From an uncultured Verrucomicrobiae bacterium (GTDB taxonomy: Bacteria; Verrucomicrobiota; Verrucomicrobiia; Chthoniobacterales; UBA10450), in the NCBI GenBank assembly GCA_963834385.1, contig CAWIBO010000002.1, positions 320,001-384,000 of the forward strand: a stretch of 64,000 nt of DNA, in the 5' to 3' direction. Each line of letters starts with the position of its first letter. Position 1 is the stretch's first letter. A model generated the notes under the pieces. It worked only from the letters and a program-made list of their open reading frames with translations, had not been told where the DNA came from and made no database searches. This document shows positions 39,517 to 48,673 of this stretch, one piece after another. The position numbers were made by a program, and so were the translations under genes.

Positions 39517-40614
39517 GTGATTATCGGTGTTCCCAGTGAGATCAAGGAGCAGGAACATCGGGTCGGTCTTGTTCCCGCCTCGGCTTTTCTCCTGACCCGC
39601 CGCGGCCACACCGTCCTGGTGCAAAAAGGGGCTGGCAGCGGCTCCGGATACACCGACGAGGAATATGTGCGCTGCGGGGCGCGCATCGTGGAGAAGGCGA
39701 CCGATGTCTTTGGCGAGGCCGAGATGGTGGTGAAGGTCAAGGAACCGCTCCCGGCCGAGTACGGCCTGCTCCGCCAGGGCCAGATTCTTTTCACCTACCT
39801 GCATCTCGCGGCGAGCAAACCGCTGACCGAGGCGCTTTTGAAGTCGGGGGTCACGGCCGTGGCCTACGAAACGATCCAGGTGAACAACCGGCTGCCGTTG
39901 CTGGAGCCGATGAGCGAGATCGCGGGCCGCATGTCGGTGACCATGGGAGCGTTCTATCTCGCGAAGTTCAACGGGGGCAACGGCGTCCTTCTGGGGGGCG
40001 TCCCCGGGGTCATGCCGGGGAAAGTGGTGGTGATCGGCGGCGGCACCTCGGGCGTGCACGCGGCCCGCATGGCCGTGGGGCTGGGCGCGGATGTCACCAT
40101 TCTCGAGGTGGACCTCGACCGGATGCGTTTTCTCGATATGACGATGCCGCAGGCGAACACTCTTTATTCGAGCGAAGCGAACCTGCTCGACCTGGTCTCC
40201 ACGGTGGACCTGCTCATTGGCGCGGTTCTGGTGCCGGGAGCGAAGGCGCCGAAGCTGGTGACGCGGGAGATGCTGCGGCAGATGAAGCCGAACAGCGTGC
40301 TGGTGGACATTGCGATTGACCAGGGGGGTTGCGCCGAGACTTCGCGGCCGACCACCCACCGCGAGCCGACCTTCGTGGAAGAGGGTGTGATTCACTATTG
40401 CGTGGCGAACATGCCGGGGGCCTACGCCCGCACGGCGACGCAGGCCCTGACCAATGCCACCCATCGCTACGTGGAACTGCTGGCCGAGCACGGGCTGAAA
40501 AAGGCCTGCGAGATGCAGCCGGCCCTGACCGGGGGGATCAACACCCGGGAGGGCCGCCTGACGATTGACGCCGTGGCCGAGGCCCACGGGCTGAAATTCG
40601 AGCCCGCCTTCTAA
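39517..40614 (+). CDS. ald: alanine dehydrogenase
   Basis: [46 protein letters not shown]. Confidence 0.96.
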   Translation: MIIGVPSEIKEQEHRVGLVPASAFLLTRRGHTVLVQKGAGSGSGYTDEEYVRCGARIVEKATDVFGEAEMVVKVKEPLPAEYGLLRQGQILFTYLHLAASKPLTEALLKSGVTAVAYETIQVNNRLPLLEPMSEIAGRMSVTMGAFYLAKFNGGNGVLLGGVPGVMPGKVVVIGGGTSGVHAARMAVGLGADVTILEVDLDRMRFLDMTMPQANTLYSSEANLLDLVSTVDLLIGAVLVPGAKAPKLVTREMLRQMKPNSVLVDIAIDQGGCAETSRPTTHREPTFVEEGVIHYCVANMPGAYARTATQALTNATHRYVELLAEHGLKKACEMQPALTGGINTREGRLTIDAVAEAHGLKFEPAF

Positions 40615-40706
40615 AGGGGGGCCAGCCCGGGCCAAAGAAGAAGTCCAAATTCTTCACTTGCTGCGATTCAGCCAATAGCCCAATGTGGGCAACTCAACCA
40701 TTACCT

Positions 40707-40986
40707 ATGAAGAAATATATCTGTATTCTCGCCAGTGCCGCGCTTTTAGCCGCGTGCGAACAAAAAACCGACGTCAGCGCTCCCGCGGGTGACGCGGTCT
40801 CGCCGACTCCGGCGGACACGGCGGTCGACACCACGACCACCACCACCGACCATGACCCCGGCGGCCACGATGACCCCGGCCATGGACACCGCCCCGGCCA
40901 TGACGCCCGCGATGGACACCGCTCCGGCGATGACGCCCGCGATGGACGCGAGCCCGGCCGACGCGACCACCGCGCCGACTCCGTAA
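40707..40986 (+). CDS. small low-complexity lipoprotein with TPAMDTAPAM repeats (frameshift ~40846)
   Basis: MKKYICILASAALLAAC lipobox; the repeat-rich tail continues in another frame to TAA 40986. Confidence 0.7.
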
Positions 40987-41004
40987 GGAAAACTTCAACG
41001 CAAC

Positions 41005-41047
41005 GCAAAATCTTCCGCCGGGTTCATTCCCGGGGGAAGATTTTTGC
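41005..41047 (+). terminator. intrinsic terminator
   Basis: AAAATCTTCC-GCCGGG-loop-CCCGGG-GGAAGATTTTT hairpin after the lipoprotein stop. Confidence 0.7.
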
Positions 41048-41070
41048 TGTACGCGCGTCGTGAAAATCCG

Positions 41071-41454
41071 ATGACGGTCAAGGGCGAAAACCGGCCCGCG
41101 CCGGGCGGGACGCTGCCCCGGTCCCGGCGTTTGATCCGCACGGCGGATTTCGCGCGGGTCCGGCTGGAAGGCCGGACCGAGCGTGGTCGGCTGATGATGC
41201 TGGGCTGTCGCCCGGCCGAGGGCGAGGAACGGTTTCGGGCCGGGTTCGTCACCAGCAAACGGGTCGGCGGGGCGGTGGCGCGCAACCGCGTCCGGCGCCG
41301 GTTGCGCGAGATCGTGCGGCGGCACCAGGACCGGCTGCGGGCGGGGCTTTGGATCGTGACCATCGCCCGAAGCGAGGCGGCGGAAGCGACCTACGCCGCG
41401 CTGGAAGATGAGTGGTTGCGCCTCGCAGGGCGCGCTTCTATTCTAGCGCCCTGA
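41071..41454 (+). CDS. rnpA: ribonuclease P protein component
   Basis: GFVTSKRVGGAVARNRVRRRLRE RNR motif. Confidence 0.95.
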   Translation: MTVKGENRPAPGGTLPRSRRLIRTADFARVRLEGRTERGRLMMLGCRPAEGEERFRAGFVTSKRVGGAVARNRVRRRLREIVRRHQDRLRAGLWIVTIARSEAAEATYAALEDEWLRLAGRASILAP

Positions 41455-41732
41455 TGCGCCAGCTCATCAAAATTGCGATCCGTGCCTACCAATGGACACT
41501 CTCGCCCGTGCTCACTTTTCTGGCCGGTCCCGGCGGCGGTTGCCGTTTTGAACCGACCTGTTCCGCCTATTGTCTGGAGGCGGTCGAGGTCTGGGGAGCT
41601 GCCCGCGGCAGCTGGCTTGGGCTGAAACGACTTGGGCGCTGCCAGCCCTGGGGCGGCCAGGGATATGATCCGGTGCCACGGCCATCCGGGCCGGCAGCCG
41701 ACGTCGGCTGCGATCATCTCGCCTGCCGGTAA
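41454..41732 (+). CDS. yidD: membrane protein insertion efficiency factor
   Basis: CRFEPTCSAY..RCQPWGGQGYDPVP. Confidence 0.95.
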   Translation: MRQLIKIAIRAYQWTLSPVLTFLAGPGGGCRFEPTCSAYCLEAVEVWGAARGSWLGLKRLGRCQPWGGQGYDPVPRPSGPAADVGCDHLACR

Positions 41733-41747
41733 CCCGCTCTTTACCCC

Positions 41748-43473
41748 ATGGACAGGAAAGCCTGGATTGTCGTTACCCTTTGTGTCCTCGGCCTGGTCGG
41801 CTGGCAGTTCCACATGATGCGGCAATTGCCGCCCGCGCCGGTGGCTGTTCCGGCCAGCCCGGCCCCCACGGGTGCACCGACCACCGCCCCGGCCACGCCG
41901 GCCCCGCAAGATCGCAGCCGCGCCCGCGCCCAGCCCGGTCGAGGTCGAGGAAAAGTTCGAGGAGAAATTCGAGGTCCTGCGCAACGAGGACATGGAGCTG
42001 CGCCTGACCAACCGGGGCGGCGGCATCAGTGAGGTGGTACTGCCCAATCATCGCGCGGAAAATGGCGGGCCGGTGGTCCTGAACGCCGTGGGCGACATCC
42101 CGATCGGCGCCATCCTGGCGCAGCCGGGCAGCCCGCAGTTGCCGGAGTTTACCGCCGTGCGGCCGGGCGAGGGCAGCGTGGTCTACGAACGGAAGAACGC
42201 CGCCGGGCTGAAGGTGACCAAACGCTTTTCGCTGCCACCGCCGACGGGCAAGGACAATTTCATTGCCACCATGGAGGTGGAATTCCGCAACGAAGGGGGC
42301 ACACCGCAGGTCGATCCCGGCTATTTTATCGCTCTCGGCTCGGCACGGCCCGGGCACAAGAACGATTACCCCACTTACACCCGGGTGACCTGGACCATTG
42401 AAGGTTCGCCCGAGCACACCGACGTCACCTGGTTTGATCCCGCGACCTATCCGCTGGTGGGGATCGAGCGGCGCCCGGCCCGCGACGTTTTCGAGACGAC
42501 TTTTGCGCAGGCCGACTGGGCCGCGGTAAGCAACCAGTTCTTTGTCACCCTGGTCACGCCGCAGAACGCGAAGCTGACCGGAATCTGGGCGCGGCGTTTT
42601 GATCTGCCCGCCGCCGACGGGAACGCGCCCGCGCACGGCATCCAGGCCGCCATGCGGATGGCGGGGTTCACCCTGGCGCCCGGGCAGGCCAGCACCGTGA
42701 GCGTGCAGATTTACGCCGGGCCGAAGCTCTACAACCGCCTGGCCCAGCTGAAGAGCGACGAGGCCGAGATCATGGACTTCGGCATCTTCAAACTCTTCAG
42801 CCAGGCGCTGCTGAACCTGATGAACCTGCTGCACGGGTGGGTCGGCAACTACGCCATCGCGATCCTGCTCCTCACCACCATCGTCAAGGCCGTCCTCTGG
42901 CCCCTGCAAAACAAGGCCAACCGTTCCATGCGCCGCATGGCCGCGCTCGCTCCCAAAATGCAGGAGCTGAAAGAGAAGCATAAGGACGATCCCACCCGGA
43001 TGAACCAGGAGGTGATGAAGCTCTATAAGGATTACGGGATCAACCCCGTGGCGGGGTGCCTCCCCATGCTGATTCAGCTTCCGATTTTCTTCGGCCTCTT
43101 CACCATGCTGCGCCAGGCGGTGGAGCTGCGGAACGCCAGTTTCCTCTGGGTCGGCGACCTTTCCCAGCCGGACACCGTCGGTTACCTCCCGGTCCTGGGC
43201 TGGCCGATCAACATCCTGCCGCTCCTCATGGCCCTGACCAACGTCTGGATGTTCCAGGTCACGCCCAAGACGGGGGATAAGACCCAGCAGCGCATCATGA
43301 TGTTCATGCCGGTGATCTTCGTCATTTTCTGCTATAACTTTGCCTCGGCGCTGTCATTGTATTACACCGCGCAGAACCTGTTGACGATTCTGCAGCTGTA
43401 CCAGAATAGAAACCAGCCGATGCCCACGCTGGAAAAGGTGGTGCCGGCCGGCAAACAGAAACGGAAACGATGA
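41748..43473 (+). CDS. yidC: membrane protein insertase YidC (frameshift ~41908, probably a sequence error)
   Basis: N-terminal TM (MDRKAWIVV) in one frame; periplasmic domain, NPVAGCLPMLIQLPIF and WVGDLSQPD in the next. Confidence 0.95.
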
Positions 43474-43961
43474 CCCCGAAGGAACTGCTCGACACCATGC
43501 TCGGTTACCTCGGTTTCGTGGTCGAAATCGAGGAAACGCAGAACGAGGCTGGCAACATCGTGCTCCAGATTTATACCGAGGAAAGCCGGCGGGTCATCGG
43601 GCGCGACGGTGAGACGCTGGAAGCCATCCAGTTTCTCCTCAACCGTGTTTTGCAGACCAAGGACAAGGACGCGCCCAAGGTGGTGGTCGATTGCGAGCAT
43701 TACCGCTCCATGCGCGAGGACCGCATCATCCAACGGGTGCGCGAGCTGGCTGAGCGGGTCCGGGCCACCGGGCGGTCCCTCCAGCTCGAACCGATGAATT
43801 CCTACGAGCGCCGCATCGTCCACAACGCCTTCAAGGACGATCCCGACGTCGCCACCTGGAGCCCAAACGATTCCGCCCGGATCAAGCAGATCACGCTGAT
43901 GAAGCGGAAAGGTGCGGCGGAGACCGCCCCGGCCCCCGACACCGCCAGCAACGCCTCATAG
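43470..43961 (+). CDS. jag: Jag/KhpB-like KH-R3H RNA-binding protein (short form)
   Basis: IGRDGETLEAIQ KH motif; EPMNSYERRIVH R3H motif. Confidence 0.9.
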   Translation: MTPKELLDTMLGYLGFVVEIEETQNEAGNIVLQIYTEESRRVIGRDGETLEAIQFLLNRVLQTKDKDAPKVVVDCEHYRSMREDRIIQRVRELAERVRATGRSLQLEPMNSYERRIVHNAFKDDPDVATWSPNDSARIKQITLMKRKGAAETAPAPDTASNAS

Positions 43962-44024
43962 CGCGGTCCCCGCGCCAATTTTTCGGACACTTTCCCTCGC
44001 GCTCTTGCGGGAGGGAATATTTTC

Positions 44025-44240
44025 CTGCCGGCGAACGGCGTGAGCTGGCGGACGCGCTTCGAACCAGGAGGAACGGCCCGAGACTCAATAGCCCACCCGG
44101 TTGCTCAACCCTCGCCGTTCACGGCAATGATAATATTCGCCAAACCAGGAGAGCAGCCTTTATTCACTAGATCTGAGTGTGGGTGTCGGAGATTGGGCGT
44201 CCCAAGGAGCACGGGCCACAGGAACTCGGACTGAAGCATA
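44025..44240 (+). ncRNA. candidate structured non-coding RNA (unassigned; 6S-like size)
   Basis: No credible ORF; nested pairings GCTTC/GAAGC, GGCCCG/CGGGCC, GCCCA/TGGGC, GGTTGCTC/GAGCAGCC; strand inferred from G-U pairs. Confidence 0.45.
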
Positions 44241-44313
44241 GGGGGTCAATTTCAAGGGCGATCATCTCCCGGTTGTAATTTCCTCCGGCGATCTATCATC
44301 TGCGGCAGAGCCC

Positions 44314-44360
44314 GGACATGCGAAGCATGTCCCTCCGGAGGGACGCGCTTCCGCGCGTCC
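44314..44360. repeat. pair of GGAG-type REP palindromes
   Basis: GGACATGCGAAGCATGTCCCTCC-GGAGGGACGCGCTTCCGCGCGTCC, same family as 8328-8377. Confidence 0.75.
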
Positions 44361-44451
44361 AAAGCGTTGCCCGATCAAGGGTCCCGCTCTGGCTGAGGCG
44401 CTTCCCTGGAGGCAATCCGGGTTCCGCGACGGCAGTAGGCGCGGAAAAGTG

Positions 44452-45453
44452 TCAACTCTCGCCGAATCGAAAGAGCACTTTGCCCTCGCGCTCTCCCTGC
44501 GCCGCATGGGCCACGGCTGTGTGTGCCTCCGTCAGCGGATAACTCCGGGCCACCGCCACCCGTAGCTTCCCCTTCCGAGCCAGGGCAAAAAGGGGCGCGA
44601 ACGTCTCCTCCCGCTGCGCGGGCGTCGCCCGGTCGTACCATTGGTTTACCCAAAAACCGGTCAGGATCAGGTTTTTGAAAATCAGAAGGCCGTTCGGGAT
44701 TTTCAACGGCTGCAAGCTCATGGCGCCGAAGGTCACCAGCGTCGCCTTGGGCGCGAGACAGTTCGCGAGGCGGAGCGCGCTGTCGCCGCCCACCGCGTTC
44801 AAGCCCAGCCGGACCGGCTCGCCCCCGGTCGCGCTTTTGACCTCGTCCCGCAGCGTTTCGCTGTCGACCAGGACGACGTCGGCGCCCAGGGCCTCGAGTT
44901 CCGCCTTCACCTCCGCGCGGCGGACAACGTTGATCGTCCGGAACCCGCGGTCTTTGGCAATCTGGATGACGGCCTGGCCGGCGCCGGAGTTGGCGGCATT
45001 CTGGATCAGCCAATCGCCCGGGCGCAGCTCCACGAAGTCGTGCAACATCCGCCAGGCGGTGATCGGGTTGATCTTGAGCATGGCGGCCTGTTCCACCTCG
45101 ATCTCGGAAGGCACAGCCACGAGATCGTGGGCGGGCACCGCGAGGGCTTCCCGCCAGGTGCCGATGTTGTGGGGAAGAATCACGCGGGTCCCCGGAGCGA
45201 GGCCTTCGACCCCGCGCCCGGTCTCACGGACCACCCCGCAACCCTCGAAGCCCGGGGTGGCGGGCAGCTCGGGCCGCACGGGATACTTGCCCTCGATGGC
45301 GTTCAGGTCGGCCGGGTTGATCGGCGCCGCTTCCATTTCGACCACCGCCTCGCCGGGACCGGGCTCCGGCCATGGTCGCGTTTCCACCTCGAGGACCTCG
45401 GATGGTTTTCCGTGCGTTTTGTAAACGGCGGCGCGAATATCTCTGTTCCCCAT
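44452..45453 (-). CDS. MDR family 2-enoyl thioester reductase (MECR/Etr1-like)
   Basis: APINPADLNAIEGKY, GFEG, KINPITAWRML, IQNAANSGAG. Confidence 0.9.
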   Translation of the reverse strand: MGNRDIRAAVYKTHGKPSEVLEVETRPWPEPGPGEAVVEMEAAPINPADLNAIEGKYPVRPELPATPGFEGCGVVRETGRGVEGLAPGTRVILPHNIGTWREALAVPAHDLVAVPSEIEVEQAAMLKINPITAWRMLHDFVELRPGDWLIQNAANSGAGQAVIQIAKDRGFRTINVVRRAEVKAELEALGADVVLVDSETLRDEVKSATGGEPVRLGLNAVGGDSALRLANCLAPKATLVTFGAMSLQPLKIPNGLLIFKNLILTGFWVNQWYDRATPAQREETFAPLFALARKGKLRVAVARSYPLTEAHTAVAHAAQGEREGKVLFRFGES

Positions 45454-46401
45454 GGAGAGCCAGCCTACAGCGCAGGGAACCGCGGGCAATCTGCAAACCG
45501 GCGCGCGCTTTGCCCTGCTTGGCCTCGGCATCAACGTCATCCTCGCCGCCGGCAAGATCATCGCCGGCGTGGTCGGCAATTCCTATGCGCTGATCGCCGA
45601 CGGGATCGAGTCGGTGCTCGACGTCAGCGGATCCATCGTCATCTGGCTCGGTCTCAAGGTGGCGGCGCGGCCGCCGGATGAGACCCATCCCTACGGGCAC
45701 GGCAAAGCCGAACCGATTGCCTCCGCCGTCGTGGCGGCCGGTGTCCTCGGGGCGGCCATCGCGCTGGCCACGCAGAGCGTCGAGGAGATCGTGCATCCGC
45801 AGGGGCCACCCGCTCCGTTCACCCTCCTGGTCCTGGTGGTGATCGTCGTGATCAAGGAAATGCTCTATCGCGGCGTTATTCGCGTCGGGCGCGCCTTCAA
45901 CAGCCTCGCTCTGCAGACCGACGCCGTGCATCACCGGCTGGACGCGGTCACTTCGGTGGCGGCTTTCATCGGCATCTCCATTGCCCTCCTCGGCGGCCCT
46001 GGCTGGGAAGCGGCGGACGATTGGGCCGCGCTCTTCGCCTGCGGGTTGATTGCCTTCAATGGGTTTCGTCTGCTAGCCCCGGCGCTGCAGGAGATCATGG
46101 ACACGGCGCCCCGGGGTGAACTCCCCCGGCTGATCGCGACGGCGGCCCACGGTGTTCCCGGCGTTCTTTCCCTCGAAAAATGTCTCGTGCGCAAAATGGG
46201 CGTCTATTTTTATGTCGATCTGCACATCGCCGTGGCGGAGGAGATCACCGTGCGGGAGGGACACGAGATCGCCCATGCCGTGACCGACGCCATTCAGCGA
46301 CGGACCCGCGCATCGCCGACGTCCTGGTGCACGTCGAGCCGGCTGATGCGCTTATTTCGCCAGACCCGGCGCCTCCACCAGCGTCAGGAGCGCGCCCGTA
46401 A
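45452..46401 (+). CDS. cation diffusion facilitator (FieF-like; frameshift ~46297)
   Basis: ALIADGIES, HPYGHGKAE, DAVHHRLD; C-terminus ..IADVLVHVEP in the shifted frame. Confidence 0.88.
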
Positions 46402-47026
46402 GTTTGCGGCGAACCGCCGCGATGCGGCTTCCAAACCGAACCAGCCGCGGGATGGATGTTGGGTGACGCAGAAGATGGGCGAGGAGACGTCCCGGTTCGG
46501 TGCGCTGGCGCGCGATGGAGAAGAGCACCGACGGCGGTGCCGGGAACGGCTCGGCCGGCGTGTCGCTGATGGCGCGCAGGGAGAGCAGCGGAAGATCGCG
46601 AGCCTGACAAAGCCGCGCGATCACGGCGGTTTCCATATCCACCGCGGAAGCGCCGGTGCTGAGGGCGAGCTGTTGCCGCTCGTCCGCGCCGGAGACGATC
46701 AATTCGGCGGTGTGCAATTTCCCCACGGCAACTTCGGCGGAGGAAAGCGCGCGGGCCGCGGCGGCGAGAAGAAAGGAATCGGAAAAATTCTCCGCCAGGA
46801 GAAGGTGTCCCACCGGAAGCCACGAGTCGAGCGCACCGGCAAAGCCGGCACTGATGACAGCGTGCACCTCCCGGCCCTCCAAACCCTGACCGAAACGCGC
46901 TTCCGTGGCGGCTGCGCCGACGCCGGTGTGAAGAATGAAAACGCGTTCCCGCAGCGAAGGGGAAGCGGCGACAATCCGGGAAAAATCACGGCTCTCGGAT
47001 GAAAGCGCAAAGCAGACGGCAATCAT
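46352..47026 (-). CDS. nucleoside phosphorylase superfamily protein (MTA/SAH nucleosidase / HpnG-like)
   Basis: HTGVG, SAGFAGAL, AVDMET, LRAISD motifs. Confidence 0.82.
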   Translation of the reverse strand: MIAVCFALSSESRDFSRIVAASPSLRERVFILHTGVGAAATEARFGQGLEGREVHAVISAGFAGALDSWLPVGHLLLAENFSDSFLLAAAARALSSAEVAVGKLHTAELIVSGADERQQLALSTGASAVDMETAVIARLCQARDLPLLSLRAISDTPAEPFPAPPSVLFSIARQRTEPGRLLAHLLRHPTSIPRLVRFGSRIAAVRRKLTGALLTLVEAPGLAK

Positions 47027-47066
47027 CGTCGGGCGGGCAGAAATCCCGGAGAGCGAGGCCGGCCGG

Positions 47067-47786
47067 TTACGGGGCTGCCGGCTTTGCGGCCGGGTCCTGC
47101 AGGCGAACCTGGAGGATTTTCTTCGCTGCCGTCCCAGCCGGGGGCGCGGGCGGCTTCGGTCCCGGGTCGGGTCCGCCCAGCGGCACCAGGCGCAACTGGA
47201 ACTCGTGGATAAAATCAGGCGGAATATCGGCGAGGACGGAAAAGCCCCTGTCGTCGGCGAGCGCCTTGGCCGCAGAACCACCCAGCTCGTTTGCAGCCGT
47301 CATGATCTTCGCGGCAATTTCCTCGTGGCGCGCCTGCGGCGCCTCGATTGTGATGTCGGAAGCCTCGAAAGTGGGAGGGGGGAGAGCGGTCGCGGCCGTG
47401 TTCTGGATGGACCGGGCAAGTTGCTCGCGGATGGCGGCCTCTTTTTGCGGGGCATCCACCTGCTTCTTCTGGCGCACGGCGATGAACCAGACGCCCACGG
47501 CGACATTCACGAAAACGAGCGCAATGAACCAGATGCCGAACTTTGCGCTAAGCAAAGCGCCCCGGCGCGCCTCCTCCGTGTTCTCAGGCTGGTTGACCTG
47601 CGCGGGCGCCACCACTTCGCGCACGTCGCGGTCCGGCTTTTTCTGCCGCGCGGCGTGGAGCTCGCGCGCGGCGGCCAGTTCGCGCTGCAGGACGGTGTTG
47701 GCCTCGAGGCGATCGTCCAGCTCCTTCTTTTCCGCCTCGGGCAGCTTGCCCTCGAGGTAATCGAACCATTTCTCCGGAGAAATCAT
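47067..47786 (-). CDS. hypothetical bitopic membrane protein (anti-sigma-like N-terminus)
   Basis: DYLEGKLPEAEKKELDDRL N-terminus, single TM segment. Confidence 0.6.
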   Translation of the reverse strand: MISPEKWFDYLEGKLPEAEKKELDDRLEANTVLQRELAAARELHAARQKKPDRDVREVVAPAQVNQPENTEEARRGALLSAKFGIWFIALVFVNVAVGVWFIAVRQKKQVDAPQKEAAIREQLARSIQNTAATALPPPTFEASDITIEAPQARHEEIAAKIMTAANELGGSAAKALADDRGFSVLADIPPDFIHEFQLRLVPLGGPDPGPKPPAPPAGTAAKKILQVRLQDPAAKPAAP

Positions 47787-47864
47787 CAGGGAAATCGTCA
47801 CGCGGGACGCATTTCGAAGCAATCGCTAAGTGCAGTTTTTCGGCGGCCGGGCGGCAGGCCATCT

Positions 47865-48278
47865 TCACCCGTCGGTTGGGGTGTCCCAATTGAATTTTTT
47901 CACGCGCCCATTCTCGCCAAAGATCAAAACTCCGGTCCGGACGATGGTCGGCTTGAAGTTGAAAGGAATGAACGATTTTCCGATCACTTCTCCCATGTTC
48001 AGAAGATACACCCAGGTCTCGCCCTCTTCGCTCATCGTCTTCCGCTTAGGGGGACCATAACGGGCGAGCGCCTCGGCCTTCGTCATTCCCACCCTTGGCG
48101 GGACCTCCGCTTCGGGGTTCGACATCTTCCCCACCTTGGGGCGAGGGGTTGGTGAAGTCTTTGGCTTCGCTTTTATGGGGCTCGCAGATCTGGCGGGGAG
48201 AGATTGCTGCGCGGTCGCGGTTCCGATTGAGCCGCAGAAGAGGGCGGCGACGATCAGGGAAACGAAGGCTGTTTTCAT
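47865..48278 (-). CDS. exported protein with SmpA/BamE-like domain
   Basis: Signal peptide; VGMTKAEALARYGPP..ETWVY. Confidence 0.65.
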   Translation of the reverse strand: MKTAFVSLIVAALFCGSIGTATAQQSLPARSASPIKAKPKTSPTPRPKVGKMSNPEAEVPPRVGMTKAEALARYGPPKRKTMSEEGETWVYLLNMGEVIGKSFIPFNFKPTIVRTGVLIFGENGRVKKFNWDTPTDG

Positions 48279-48307
48279 AGTCTGTGTTTTGTGTAAAGCC
48301 CGCGCCT

Positions 48308-48673
48308 TCATCGCTCCTTTCCCTGCCAGGGCCACCGGCCGGTCAGCTCGAGTTCCATGGTGAAGCTGAGGAAGGTCCGGATCACGACAATGATCGCGAG
48401 GACGCTGACCGTCTTGAAGGTCAGCTCGACCGCGACGGTGTGGATGATATCGGCCGCGACGAGGAACTCCAGTCCGAGAAGAATGCCGCGACCAAGGCGT
48501 TGCCGGAGCAGCTGGTAAACCGCGTCATTGTCGCGCCGGCGGAGGAAGCCGGCGCCCGCTGCCACCAGCGCCGTGAAGGCGACGAGAGCGATGAGGCAAA
48601 TGCCGACGATCTCGAGACTGGCGGCACAAAGCTCCGCCACCGGTTTCACCGCCCCAAGGAAACTCTCAATCAT
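48308..48673 (-). CDS. DUF1622 membrane protein
   Basis: LGRGILLGLEFLVAADII..IRTFLS..ELE..WPWQ. Confidence 0.9.
   Translation of the reverse strand: MIESFLGAVKPVAELCAASLEIVGICLIALVAFTALVAAGAGFLRRRDNDAVYQLLRQRLGRGILLGLEFLVAADIIHTVAVELTFKTVSVLAIIVVIRTFLSFTMELELTGRWPWQGKER

Noticed and set aside
44045..44075. tRNA or tmRNA 3' fragment (GGTTCGAA...TCCGCCA on the minus strand)
   Set aside because: The T-stem does not pair and there is no acceptor stem or cloverleaf.
45452..47002. 516-aa CDF with a long C-terminal extension
   Set aside because: The extension results from the frameshift near 46297 and runs antisense to the nucleoside phosphorylase gene.
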